64,000 nucleotides of DNA from Vicugna vicugna (lineage: Eukaryota): positions 1-64,000 of the forward strand of contig MU058482.1 in NCBI GenBank assembly GCA_013265495.1, written 5' to 3'. The notes below the pieces were generated by a model that worked only from the letters and a program-made list of their open reading frames with translations, was not told the origin of the DNA and did no database searches. Both the position numbers and the translations under genes were made by a program. Positions 51,705 to 64,000 of this stretch are shown piece by piece (positions within the stretch are counted from its first letter, which is position 1; every line of letters starts with the position of its first letter).

Positions 51705-53233
51705 CCATAACTATAAGGCACTCCTGAAAGAAACTAAAGAAGACACAAATAAATAGAAAGATACATAGTTCTCATGGATCAGAAGAATTAGTATGTTAAA
51801 ATATCCATACTACCCAAAGCAATCTACATATTCAGTGCAATCCCTATGAAAATGCCAGTGACATTTTTCACAGGAATGGGAAAAAAATCTTAAAATTTAC
51901 ATAGAACTACAAATGATCCCAAATATCCAAAGCAATCTTAAGAATGAAGAGCAAAGCAGAAGCATCGCACTTCCTGATTTCAAGTTATAGCAATAAAACA
52001 GTATGATTTGGCATAAAAACAAATGCAGAGATCAATAGAACAGAATAGAAAGCCCAGAAATAGATCCACATATATATGGTCAATTAATTTACATTGAAGA
52101 AGCAAAGGACATACAGTGGGGGAAAGGATGGTCTCTTCAATAAATGGCTATGGGAAAACCAGACAACAGCATGTAGAGGAGTGAAAGAGCACCCCTGTCT
52201 TATACCATTAAAAATCAACTCAAAGATGGATTAAAGACTTGATCATAAGACCTGAAACTATAAAACTCATAGAAAAAAACATAAGGGGTGAAGTTCCTTG
52301 ACATAACTTTGGGTAATTATTTTTTTGATTTGACATCAAAAATGTAAGCAACAAAAGCAAAAATCAATAAGTGGGACTATATCAAACTAAGAGGCTTCTG
52401 CACAGCCAAAGAAATGATCAGCATAATGAAAAGGTAACCTACAGAATAGGAGAAAACATTTTCAAATCATATATCTGATAAAAGATTCATATCCAAGATA
52501 TATAAATAACTCATACAACTCAATAGCAAAAAGAAACCCATTTGATTAAAAAATGGACAGAGGATCTGAACAGATATTTTTCCAAAAAAATGTACAAATG
52601 ACCAACAGGTACATGAAAAGGAGCTCAACATCACCAATCGTCATAAATACAAATCAAAACCACAATGAGGTATCACCTTACACCTGTTACAATGGTAATT
52701 ATCAAAAAGACAAGATACTACAAGTGCTGGAGAAGTTGTGGAGCAAAGGGGACCCTTGTTCACTGCTAATGGGTAAGTAAATTGGTGTAGTCACTATGAG
52801 AAACAGTATGGAGGTTTCTCAACAAATTAAAAATAGCACTACCATTATGATTCTCTTCTGGGTATTTGTCCAAAGAAAACAAAAGCACTATCCTGAAAAA
52901 TGTCTGCACTCTCATGTTCTTTGAAGTATTATTTACAATAGCCAAGATATGAAAATAACTGCGTCCAGTGTCCATTGACAGACAAATGGATAATGAAAAT
53001 GTGACATATATATATTTCAGCCATAATAAAAGAAGAAAATCCTGCCATTCGCAATAACATATATGGATTGTGAGAGCATTAAACTAATAGAAATAAGTCA
53101 GGGAGGTATAGACAGATACTATACAATATCACTTATATATAGAATTTTTTTTAACTTTTAGAGAACAGATTGGTGGTTGCCAGAGGTAGGGGTGGGAGGG
53201 TGGGGAAAATGACTGAAGGTGGAGGGAAAAAAA
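51705..53233 (+). mobile_element. 5'-truncated L1 (degenerate ORF2 plus 3'UTR)
   Basis: atactacccaaagcaatctaca, gaacagaatagaaagcccagaaat, ggtggttgccagagg and an A-tail. Confidence 0.9.
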
Positions 53234-53859
53234 AGACAGGGCTCACATTATGAGATTAGTGATGCTATATGGAAAGAAGTAACTCTGGATGAGAAGGCTT
53301 TGTCCTAAGGAATAAAGGAAAAACAATTACAGAAACCTGTGTGACTAGAGGAAATACAAACTCACCGAGACAGCAACCTCTGAAAACCTGGGAATGGTTT
53401 CTCTGTGACCAATGGGGTCCTCTGACCAAAGTCGGAATACTTCTTTTCTTTGATTCCAGGAGCATGAACCCAGCCCTCTCCTTGGGTTCTTCATTCACTT
53501 GTTTCTTCCTATTATGGTTGCCTTTCATGTAGAAGATTTAGTAGTGCTGTCAATTTGTGAATCTGTAGTACGGGTGTAGAATTCTGATTCCTGGGATATA
53601 TACTCACCTCCCACCTCCTTCAAATTTCCTCTTAACTAAAAGAATGAAAATATAAAAGAGGATAAACCAAAATCCAAAAGAGTAAAAAAAGGTAGAGATC
53701 ATTTGGAGATAAGAGATTTACACATATTTCCAGAGTACAGAAAGTAGATGGGATAATATTGAGGATTAAAGTTAGGACAGAAAAAAAATAATCAAAAATA
53801 ATACATGAGAAGGAATTCCTGCTGACTTTCAGGCCAGTAGTCATTCTAACTCTTCTCAG

Positions 53860-54124
53860 TGTTGCTGGGTATTGGCAAAGCCAAACACATACAAAGTCAA
53901 AGTCCACAGGAGTGTTTGACCCCTTGCAACAGTGCTATTTCTTCTGCACTGCAATGCAAAGAAATTCTCCTATCAGCTATGGTGGTAGAAGCAAGATTTC
54001 AGTTGAAGAAGAATAAGATAAAAAATGGAATATTCCCCTTTAAAGATGTTGATAGGACTCTAAGAAATATATGATTGCCAGAAAGATTAAAGAGTCTTTG
54101 CTGGCAACCCAGAACACCAAAACC
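53860..54124 (+). pseudogene. Candidate highly degenerate, inverted TRAV relic
   Basis: Acceptor tcttctcAG, then phase-1 ...IQSQSPQE; after one frameshift LLHCNAKKFSYQLWW*KQD, then NKIKNGIF; nonamer-like ACCAAAACC at 54116-54124; no heptamer. Confidence 0.4.
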
Positions 54125-55094
54125 ATGGACCATCGAAAGCAAGCAAAAATTAAGACAGTAAAAAATAGAGAGAGGAAGAGAAAACTGAAAACAAAATAGC
54201 TCTATTTTAGGTACCGAAAAGACATAGTCTTTCAATAGTTGCACCATGTCCAAGCATGCTTTTGGGAATTGAGGCAATATTCAGAATTTTTAGATTTTAA
54301 GGGGAAAAAATGTAGCACGCAAAAGCATGGGAAAATACAAGCAAGTATTCTCATTTTCCAGCACTAGAAAGAAAATTTCTTTAATTTGAAGAATGAGAGG
54401 TGAAAAACCCAGATAATTAAACCTTAATCAGATGATCAAATCATCTCAACGAGAAAAACACATTTAAAAATATAAAAATTGAAGGAGATTAAAGGAGAAT
54501 AATAAAAAATAATAGTAGAGAAAATAGCAAATAGCCATTCTTGATGAACATTATGGAAAATCAGGAGTTAAGGCAGTAACTTAGTAGAATAAGAGATAGC
54601 TTTAAGATATCTAGAGTTCATCTCTCCTACTGATTACAAGTAAAAACTGAACAGAATATGAGAGAGAACTACTTGTGGACTCTAAAAATTATTCAAAAGC
54701 AGGCAGATTGTGTAGCAGAGTCAAAAACTGGAGAAACAAACTGCACAAGGGTGAATATTTCACATTTTCTCTCTTTTTTCTTTTGGCTTTGCTCTGATCA
54801 CAGGCCTCCAGTGGCAGGATGGCAGTGACACAGACAGTTAAAACTGAAAGAAACACAATCTTTCTGTCATCAGTGAGAAGGTTCTTGTCTCAAGGCAGAA
54901 AGAATTCAGAATTCAGAAAGAATTCAGAAGCAAGAAACAGAGGTCAAGAAAGCAGAGTAATTGAAAGTCAGCCCTCGACACAAGGGTTTGTAAAAAAAAA
55001 AAGAAAAATAATTTTAAAAAGTTTTTTAAAAAGAAAAAAAAAGAAAAAAAAGAAAAAAAGAAAAAGAAAGCAGAGTAAGGGTTTATTATGGGAT

Positions 55095-55232
55095 ATTTAG
55101 TACTACTGGCCCCTAGTGAGATGAGGCCAGGAATACTTCTAGAAATACTACAATTCATAGGACCGCATCCCCACACTGAATACAAAATTATTTGGCCCAA
55201 AATGTTACTAGTGCCAAAGTTTAGAAACCCTG
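55095..55232 (+). mobile_element. MER20 (hAT) 3' part
   Basis: gaggccaggaatacttctagaaatactacaattcatagga...ggcccaaaatgttactagtgccaaagtttagaaaccctg. Confidence 0.8.
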
Positions 55233-55860
55233 ATCAAAACTTAAAAACAAGAAAAAAAATTGAAACATAAAATGGACAGAGCCCTGGAGACCTGTGGGAC
55301 AATATCAAAAAGGTGTAATATATATGTAATTGGAGTCCCAGAAAGAGAGGAGAAAGACTGGAACCGAAAACATATTTGAAGAAAGAATGGCCAAAAATTA
55401 CCAAATTTGATGAAAGACACAAAGAAATCACTCCTTGCCCCAACTTGCCAGGGAGACCTTGAATATTTGCAACCTCATCTATTACAAGTATGTCTCTAAA
55501 TATATTTCCCTGGGTGACCTGGGACATGGTCAGAAGGCTAGAATTTTATGCAATGCTGGACACATAGATCATTTCATTCATAGGAGAACTTATACTTTTA
55601 AAATCACAAATTTCATCCCTGATTAAGGAACTATGGTAACAGACTTTGTTTTTACTCTCATCATTAAAGTGCCTTGCATGAGGCATGTTTACTTGCTTTT
55701 CTGCTGTGTTCCTAGAACACAGGATTTGGATGACTCTCACACCAGCAAGAAAGCCTGGGGTGGGTGGTGGGTGACAACGCAGTAGCTTAGCTCCTGGTTC
55801 CTGAACTAGAGTAGATCATAAGGTCGGACACTCAGCACCCAAGTACCAATTGCTGCTCAG

Positions 55861-55899
55861 AGTTTGTGCTCAGCTCCCCCTGCAGCTCCTGTCACTGTG
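55861..55899 (-). other. 23-RSS of TRAV9 (56 kb)
   Basis: CACAGTG, 23-bp spacer, GCACAAACT; spacer identical to those of the other two TRAV9 genes. Confidence 0.95.
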
Positions 55900-56384
55900 T
55901 CACTCAGAGCACAGTAGTACACGGCCGAGTCTGCCCCTTGGACTGAGGCTTTCTCCAAGTGGAAGGAATTTGGTTTTCTGTGGTACGTGGCTTTAAAACC
56001 TTTGTTGCTTCCCGTCTCGTTGTCCCTCGAGGCTTTCAGGAGGAGCTGTGGACCTTCTCCAGGGTACTGGACATACCAGAAAAGGGCAGGGTACTGTGTA
56101 GTTTCATAGGAGCAGTTGACAATCAGGGAATCCCCTTCTGAGGGGGTCACTTGGCCTTCAGTCTGGGTCACTGAGTCTTCATTGCTTCCTCCTGAAAAAA
56201 AAAAGTGATTCTGGTTATCTTGGCGTGATCTGGGTTCTACTCCTTAGTGAAAACGGTGGTTAAAGATTACACCATCAGGAATGGAATGGAATGAAACACT
56301 CCACGTGCCATTTAAGCTTTATGTGCCATTTTACTTACCAAACATTAAGAATAACACAATCACTAATCCTGGAGAAGAGTTCAT
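55900..56384 (-). CDS. TRAV9: TRAV9 subgroup (TRAV9-1-like 5' half) V segment, open frame; leader 56384-56339, V exon 56191-55900
   Basis: Leader [17 protein letters not shown] exon [46 protein letters not shown]...[12 protein letters not shown]1/CDR1 match human TRAV9-1. Confidence 0.95.
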
Positions 56385-56504
56385 TCTCAGAGTCTCTGTT
56401 GTCCGTGGGTCTTGAGTGCTTAGCATAAGAAAAGTTAAGGTCACAACAAAAGGAGGAAAGTAAGCTCAGAATTTAAGCAGGAAATATGTATGTCTTAGGA
56501 GGAT

Positions 56505-56518
56505 GCACCCCCTTGTGG
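56505..56518 (-). promoter_or_regulatory. CTCF motif in TRAV9 promoter
   Basis: CCACAAGGGGGTGC at the same offset from the ATG as in the other TRAV9 genes. Confidence 0.65.
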
Positions 56519-58919
56519 ACAAGATGCTGTTCTCCTCTCAAAGCCAGTCCTATATTTCTACCTCTGGCTTTACTTTTATGACATCTGTTAACTTTCAAGA
56601 TGATCCTTTGTAAATCGAATGAATAGTTGGTATTTTTCATAAGCCTATTTTTTCCGCAGCACACAACCTGACATGGAGGCTTCATACCATGACATTTCTG
56701 AGATGCATTCAATCTTATTTTTTCTTGTTTAGCCACTTCTGGCCTCTTTGTAATCCACTGAAAGATTATATAAGCAAGCTTTAGGGTAAAATCAGAGGAA
56801 CATTAATAACATATTTAGTCATTAGTAGATGATTTTGGATAGTAGAGACAAACTTTTTTAACTACCCCATTCCTAAACCACTTAGCAAGTAGTTGACAAA
56901 TATTTTTAAGTGCAGAAATGAATGAATACATGAATGATCTTTGGTTGAAGAATTGCTGCTACTTGGAGTACCGTATTATTTCATATCTAAGACATAATTG
57001 TAAAGAAAACAATTTAATAAAAGCTTTCCAAAGAAAACGGAAATTATACATTACATACATGTTGATTAAAAAGTAAAAAATATATAACTCTTAGTATTGA
57101 AGAAATACAGTAATTAAAGTAAATGAATTGCTATAAAATTATCTGACAACATTTTCTTTTCCCTTAGGATTTTAATAATTCTCAGATAATGATTCTCAGA
57201 TAATCTATGTGCGTCAAGCTAAATGTTCTGATACTAAACTTTTAGTGGAAATTTCGCTTCAAGTATGCTCTCTACATTCGTCTATCTGTCAACATTACTG
57301 ACCAATATAGTTCAGCAAAATTATTGTCACATGATAGGATATTCAGATGATATGGACTGACCTCAAAAAACAAAATAATGAGCTCAGCTTCTAGCATTAG
57401 TAAAGACATGTCTGCTGATGCACAGAAGTACTTTATAGCAAGGGTGAAACTTCTTTGTGTAAACGAGTTAGTTGGTCATCAACTTAAACATCGGATTTGG
57501 AGAGCTCTACACTTATCAAATCATAATCTCCGAAATTAAAGTCTGAGAAGTTAAGATAGTTTGCACTGTAGCCAGTGTTGTACAAATTTACACAACAATC
57601 TTCAGGAACTCTGAACTAAGAGGACAGTCAAGGTCTCAGTGAAGCACTGTTGGGGACAGCATGGGAAAATGTCTCCAACCCTCACAGATTTCTAAAGCCA
57701 TTCTCTTTTCATGGTGGTACTGATGTCATAGTAGCAAAAAAAAAAAAAAGTACTGCTTACTCTCTCTATTCTTGCCCATTCAGCTTATAACAAAAACTCT
57801 GAACGTTCACAGGACAAACTTAGGGAAAAGATGCCTTTCATCTGTGAAGCCCTACTAAGACATATCAGAATGTGTAAGCCTTTTTCTTTATGCCTCCTGG
57901 AAAACTCACTCTCTACCAATTCAGAAAAGCCAAGTACATGGTCCTGCATCCCACCAAGTACAAGCTTCAGACTTAGGTAGAAAATTTAGGCCTAGATATT
58001 CTTTAGGTTCATAAGCACTTCTTTCTTCCTTTTCTCTTCTATCCTGCGTCAAATGTCTATGAGCAAGCAGTGTCTTTCTCTTGTTTTCCTGGTTCTTTTG
58101 GCACATGCCTTTAATCTACACTACCCAAAGTCAAAGTAGAAATAAATAGAGTGAACAGTCTTACTTTCCATGACTTCCTTTACTTTTTCAAGTCAACCTT
58201 GTCCCTTGTGATGTGGCAGCCCTGCATTCCTCTGAGGGAATTTGTCATCCACACCACGTGTTCATAAGTGCAACAGGTGAATGTCAAGGCACCGTAGCAG
58301 TAGGTTTGAGTGGAGGGTATGAGAACTGTGTAACCAAAACCAAAAACTGCTTAAGCTAATGACAAGCTAACAATAGATTTTATTCAGATGTCCTGACTTT
58401 GAGAGCTCAGAAGCTCTGCGTAAGAGACTTAGATGTACCCAAATGTATTAGTCAAAATACAGTCAGGAAAACAGAAACAAGTCCAAATATTTTAAGTAGA
58501 AAGAAATTCAATACAGGGAATTAGACATTAGTTGAGCCTAAGACCATCACTGATGGTGTTGCACAAATGTCCATCAAAAAGGGGACCTTATAGTATATTC
58601 ATAAAGTGAGAGACTACATACCAGTTAAAGTAATGAAACATATCTCTATGTATAAATTTTTCTATATTTCAGAAACATACTTAACGAAAAATGTAAATTT
58701 CACATTTATACATACAATGGGATAGTGTTCACATAAATTTTAAAAGCACAAAGAAAATCACCACATATTATTTAGAAATAAACTTACATGTATTAGAAAT
58801 ATAAAAACATGGACTTGAGAAACAAAATTCATAGTTTGTCCTGGGAAAGGGAAGAAGGAAGACTGAGGAGAAAAATAAGAGATGGCAATTTTATTTGTAA
58901 TGTTTTATTTTAAAAATTG

Positions 58920-59287
58920 GAACTTTACATTTGAGTAACTATTCCAAAGAATAGTTTGGGGAGGAGCCAGTATAAGTATGAATTTTTTTGACTAGGAAAT
59001 GTATGTAATCAAGAATACATCTTGATACAAGATTACCACTAATCACACACACAAAAAAAACCCAGATATCTCAATTAATGATTTTAGTGCTTATCTGATT
59101 TGGAAGATGCAAGAATATGGGGGTTATTGAAATTCTTCCTTAGATGTGCATCATAACTATCTAGGAGCCAAAACACAGAATGTTTTATCCTGAATTCCTT
59201 TCAGGGTGCACTGAACTTCAGTGACTGCAGCAGCTAATGACTCGATCCTTGTAGAACTGAAATGTGAGCAATGTGTATTGTTTTACA
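58920..59287 (-). mobile_element. ERV1 solo LTR fragment (MER41-like)
   Basis: atctcaattaatgattttagtgct...ggaagatgcaaga...attgaaattcttcct; ends ttttaca. Confidence 0.6.
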
Positions 59288-60435
59288 GCATATTTATTAA
59301 CATGGAAAAATATCGATACTATTTTTTAAATATTACAATTTGTTCATATGGCAAATATAATTATTTTTTAAAAATCAGAAATTTCTTTTCTCTCCTTAAT
59401 GTATTTATGCATAATGTAAAGTTTTTCCCAATTATAAAGTAATTATGTAAATAAAACAAACTGATATCTGAGGCAGGATTGACAGTGTTAGAATAGATGT
59501 TTTCTCAGGTTCTTGAGGTCCTTGGTGCCAGGAGTTATATTTCCTCGATACACAGCTTCAGTCTGGAATTTAAAACAAAGAAAAACAAAGGCAAGTCTCC
59601 TTCTCATACATTCTGACAGAGCACTTGCTTGTAGTCATTTTGGGTCATGAAACTGAGTTGGTGACCAAGTCTTATAAAGATAATTAGCCTTTCAGAGACA
59701 GTAGAGACTATAGTCTGGAAAACAAAACAGATTAAATAAGCATAAATTTATTATGAATAATTTTATTTCTCTTACCCCATATCCAGAAATCCTTTAAATG
59801 CATATAACACAAACAGCCGTATCAATATGACCTGAAGAATGTTATCCCTACTGGTGTCCCCTTTGGCTAAACTAAATCACTGAACACAATCCATTATTAT
59901 TGCTGTATCTTTGGATTCCTATCATCTTAATCTCTTACTCATCACAGTATCAGGAAGTACACAGCTGAAAAGCCCAACCCTCCTGCATGCCTTTCGCTTT
60001 AACTTTGCTGTAAAGTTGTCATTAACTTTCAAGCTTTGGGGTACTTAAGAATACAGTCTTCTTATAGTTTTTTCATCCTAGCCAGGGGAAAGTCATGTAT
60101 CTCTCACATGCTCTTTGACCTTTTAATTTTCATTGCAACTCTTAATCAGCATGTCTTCAGGGGCCAGATATTGCTAAACTTTGCACACCACTATAGCAAT
60201 GTCAAACAGATGAGTACCAATGTCTACACTGTCAACATTCCAACAGTGAAGCCATATGAAGACAGAATGAAAGTAAAAAAGAAAACTCTGACAGTATTTG
60301 TGAGAAACTGGCCAAAGTTACTATCCCACCAATTCTGAAGATTTCTAATAATAAGCATCCTTGCTAGAATTTAAGATGTTTAAAGAATAGAAATCCATTG
60401 TTAAAATTGGGGGAAATAAAGCAAGCGTTACTTTA

Positions 60436-61407
60436 TTTTTTTGTTTTTTTTAACATTTTTTATTGATTTATAATCATTTTACAATGTTGTGTCAAATTCC
60501 AGTGTTCAGCACAATTTTTCAGTCATACATGGACATATACACACTCATTGTCACATTTTTTTCTCTGTGAGCTACCATAACGTTTTGTGCATATTTTCCT
60601 GTGCTATACAGTATAATCTTGTTTATCTAGTCTAGAATTTTGAAATCCCAGTCTATCCTTTCCCACCCTCCACCCTCCTGTCAACCACAAGTCTGTATTC
60701 TCTGTCTATGAGTCTATTTCTGTCCTGTATTTACGCTTTGTTTTTGTTTGTTTGTTTGTTTTTTAGATTCCACATATGAGCGATCTCATATGGTATTTTT
60801 CTTTCTCTTTCTGGCTTACTTCACTTAGAATGACATTCTCCAGGAGCATCCATGTCGCTGCAAATGGCATTATGTTGTCGGTTTTTATGGCTGAGTAGCA
60901 TTCCATTGTATAAATATACCACATCTTCTTTATCCAGTCACCTGTTGATGGACATTTAGGCTGTTTCCATGTTTTGGCTATTGTAAATAGTGCTGCTATG
61001 AACATTGGGGGGCAGGTGTCATCCTGAAGTAGGGTTCCTTCCGGATATATGCCCAGGAGTGGGATTCCCTGGTCATATGGTAAGTCTATTCCTAGTCTTT
61101 TGAGGAATCTCCACACTGTTTTCCACAGTGGCTGCACCAAACTGCATTCCCACCAGCAGTGTAGGAGGGTTCCCCTTTCTCCACAGCCTCTCCAGCATTT
61201 GTCATTTGTGGATTTTTGAATGACGGCCATTCTGACTGGTGTGAGGTGATACCTCATTGTAGTTTTGATTTGCATTTCTCTGATAATTAGTGATACTGAG
61301 CATTTTTTCACGTGCCTTTTGATCATTTGTATGTTTTCCTTGGAGAACTGCTTGTTTAGGTCTTCTGCCATTTTTGGATTGGGTTGTTTATTTTTTTCTT
61401 ATTGTGG
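60436..61407 (-). mobile_element. Relatively young 5'-truncated camelid-type L1 with open ORF2 C-terminus
   Basis: 202-aa ORF 60763-61371 with [18 protein letters not shown] (L1 ORF2 Cys-rich domain); T-rich tail; TSD gcaagc(gt/tc)tacttta at 60421-60435 and 61408-61422. Confidence 0.95.
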
Positions 61408-61959
61408 GCAAGCTCTACTTTAAAACAAATGGAATTTGTCATCTACATTTATCATCTCCTCTCACCTAAATAGTCTTTGAACAGATACTAAAAATTTTGA
61501 GTTATTCACCTTTCTTTCTTCAATATTCCTAGTAAGTTACTAATAGTTACATAAGGATGCCATATTGTAAGCCATTCTCCATCCCAATCATCTTCTCCCT
61601 CCTAGATGGGGCACGTAAAAATGAGGGGAAATAACAGCACAGAGTGGAGCCAAAAAGAAAGATTCCAGGAAAACTAGTTTAAATTTACCAGATTGGGAAG
61701 GCAGTAAGTTTGTAAGAAGGAGCTAAGTTATCAAAAGGAGTTCACATTTTTTTTGGATTGTTGAAAGAGAAAATGGTGAATGAAAAGTAAAAACTCTCCT
61801 GTGCTTTGTCCCACTTCTCGTATCTGACCGTGTATCTGCCTCCCACTGGCTCAGCAAGTCCCTGAGCACCTCTTTACTGGGTCATAAGAACATCAAGACT
61901 TCTGCTCTGTCAAAATCCAAAACCTTTCAGATGCACTTATCGTCCTTAGAGAGTCACAG

Positions 61960-61998
61960 AGTTTGTGTTCAGCTTCCCCTGAAGACTCAGGCACTGTG
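61960..61998 (-). other. 23-RSS of TRAV8 (62 kb)
   Basis: CACAGTG, 23-bp spacer, ACACAAACT. Confidence 0.95.
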
Positions 61999-62471
61999 TC
62001 ACCCAGAACACAGAAGTACTCTGCCGAGTCGCTCCAATGGGCTGACGTTTTCTTCAGGTGGAAGGAGGTTTCATTCCTCCTAAATTCAGCCATGAAACCT
62101 TTGATGCCTGAAACAAAGCTGTTTCCAGACACGTACTTCAGGAGAAGCTGGGGTCCTTGGTTGGGGTACTGTACGTACCAGAAGAGAGACGGTGAATAAG
62201 TGGATGAGTAGTTGCACCTCAGCTCCAGGCGGGCTCCTTCAGGGACAGTGATGCCGTGCCTGTCAGGCTGGGTCACTGACTGGGCTCCGGCTCCTCCTGA
62301 AACATCAATGCTGTGTCAGTGAGACCAGAACAGACTTACCTATCAACAGACGGTTTCTCTATTCAGAGTCCAGTTGCAATACTGTACTTCTAGGGAACAA
62401 GAAGATGGAAATGAATTTTACTCACTCAGGGCAAAAAGTGTCATAAGCACCAATACGGGAACCAAGCTCAT
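61999..62471 (-). CDS. TRAV8: TRAV8 subgroup (TRAV8-2/4/6-like) V segment, open frame; leader 62471-62426, V exon 62296-61999
   Basis: Leader [17 protein letters not shown] exon [47 protein letters not shown]...[15 protein letters not shown]...[12 protein letters not shown]. Confidence 0.95.
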
Positions 62472-62780
62472 ATCTGAGCAGTGAAGAAGCTGTGGGAGAC
62501 TTTTTGAAGCTCTTCCCTGAGCAGGAAGGAATATGCTGAGGAAACTGCACTCTTGACCAAGGAAGAACAGGTATGGCTGGTGTCCTAGAACCTTGCCTAA
62601 GCACGTTCCAGAGATGTTTGGAAGTCTCTTCCTTGACAAGTCTGGATGTTTTTCGGCTTCTAAATGCTCCTCACGTACCAATGTCTGCAAAGAGCTCCAG
62701 CTGGACACCTCAGCCCGCTCTGTGAAGGAGGAGCTAAAGGACTGATGCTGTTCTTCAACCATAATTCTAGTTGTGCAACA

Positions 62781-62794
62781 TCGCCCTCTGGAGG
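62781..62794 (-). promoter_or_regulatory. CTCF motif upstream of TRAV8
   Basis: (TGG)CCTCCAGAGGGCGA; the 14-mer is identical to the 51 kb TRAV8 site although the flanks have diverged. Confidence 0.75.
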
Positions 62795-64000
62795 CCAAAC
62801 GGAAGTAGTTCTTCTGGCACACCTTGCCATATCCTTTGCTAGTTCAGGCATTATTAGAGAGGGACTTGGGCAAACTTCTAACATCAGATAACTCAGGACT
62901 ATTCCTTCCTTTCAGTTGAAACCATTATGGTCATAACCCCCGCAGACGCCGTTTTTCTTGTCCTTACGATTTCAGAGGCATGATGTGATTTGTGATTGTT
63001 TTGACGTTTTCGACTTCCCTGGTATATGAGTACGTGACCCTCTATGGTCCACACTGTTCATCCCAGGTGTGAAGACACACAAGATAAGGGAAATTAAAAG
63101 ACTTCACAGAAAGACTGATTGGATGAGGACAGTAGTCTTCTGAGTCATTACTCATAGCAGGTTACATGGAAAGCATCAGAATAATACTTAGGGCAAGGAA
63201 ATCAGGTAGATTGACTCAGGCTCAGTTTTAGTTATGGAGTTGCTGGCAGGTTAAATTAGGGCCTCATGACAATTAAAACACACAGTTGTTGCTAGAAGAA
63301 GATTAAAAGAAAGAATACCCATCACTTCCATAGAATACATCCCAAAATCATCTATTCCAAAAAGTCAAGGCCATTCTAGCAGAAGGTGCAATCAAGAATG
63401 GGGATTTTTAGGCTAAAAAAAGGTTAAAAAATAAAAAAGAAGGAGTTCTTCTCAGTTGATAAGTGGTTAAAAGAACATAAAAAAATGAGAAAATGATGAA
63501 AGTATATTGTTTCTTTCCAAAATAAAAATGAAAGTGATTAGAAACTGCAGAGGGGGGAAATGTACAAGAAAGGAGTGCACTAAATGTAAAATTATTTTAA
63601 GAAACTCAGGGAATTTGGGAAAAGAAAAACCAACTAATGATGCTAGGAACAATTTTCTTTGGCTACTACATTGGGTTTTTAGACAGGAAATGTCCAATCC
63701 ACATTGCTTTGTATGTAGTGAACAAAATAACAAGATATCATATTTATAATAATATAATGGCATTTATTATTTATTAATTTTATAAACCAACCTCTAGACA
63801 AAAAATGAATAAAAATATTGACAGTTGAAAGAATAAAAAGGTACCAACATAGTAGACAGTGTAAGGGGACAGAGCGGGCAGGAAGGGCTGAGCGAGAGCC
63901 TTGGTGGCTTCAACTCACATGGAGGAGAATGAACACACTGACCAACATGATGGACTGGTAGATAGAGGTGCATGCTTCATATTTGAAAAAACAGAAGTAA

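Noticed and set aside
54819..55200. Lys-rich and Phe-rich ORFs
   Set aside because: Low-complexity A-rich tract.
60763..61371. 202-aa ORF as a host gene
   Set aside because: L1 ORF2 C-terminus in a truncated insertion; the same applies to ORFs at 38.4-39.2 kb and 49.2-49.6 kb.
1..64000. CRISPR arrays, prokaryotic systems, D/J/C segments
   Set aside because: Mammalian DNA with no repeat-spacer arrays; I noticed no 12-RSS/FGxG J segments or constant exons, though this was not an exhaustive scan.

Overview
Mammalian genomic DNA from the V-gene array of the T-cell receptor alpha/delta (TRA/TRD) locus. It is most likely a camelid, based on a tRNA-Ala-derived Vic-1-type SINE and camelid-type L1 3' ends. 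Ten TRAV segments lie on the minus strand. All have an in-frame leader exon, a GT-AG intron, an open V exon and a 23-bp-spacer RSS. In transcriptional order (right to left) they are TRAV8, TRAV9-1-like, TRAV8-3-like, TRAV43-like, then TRAV13-TRAV14/DV4-TRAV9 twice. Homology at the left edge predicts another TRAV43-like gene just outside the window. The rest is AT-rich DNA with L1, LTR/ERV, DNA-transposon and SINE relics, two short tandem duplications and three assembly gaps. I see no wholly new biological system. The strongest leads are: islands of near-identity on V genes inside a much older duplication (gene conversion), a mosaic TRAV9, co-oriented CTCF sites, an extra Cys in one TRAV8, and a candidate inverted V relic near 53.9 kb. 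Identity values are by-eye estimates unless counts are given, and repeat-family and subgroup names come from recalled sequences, not database searches.
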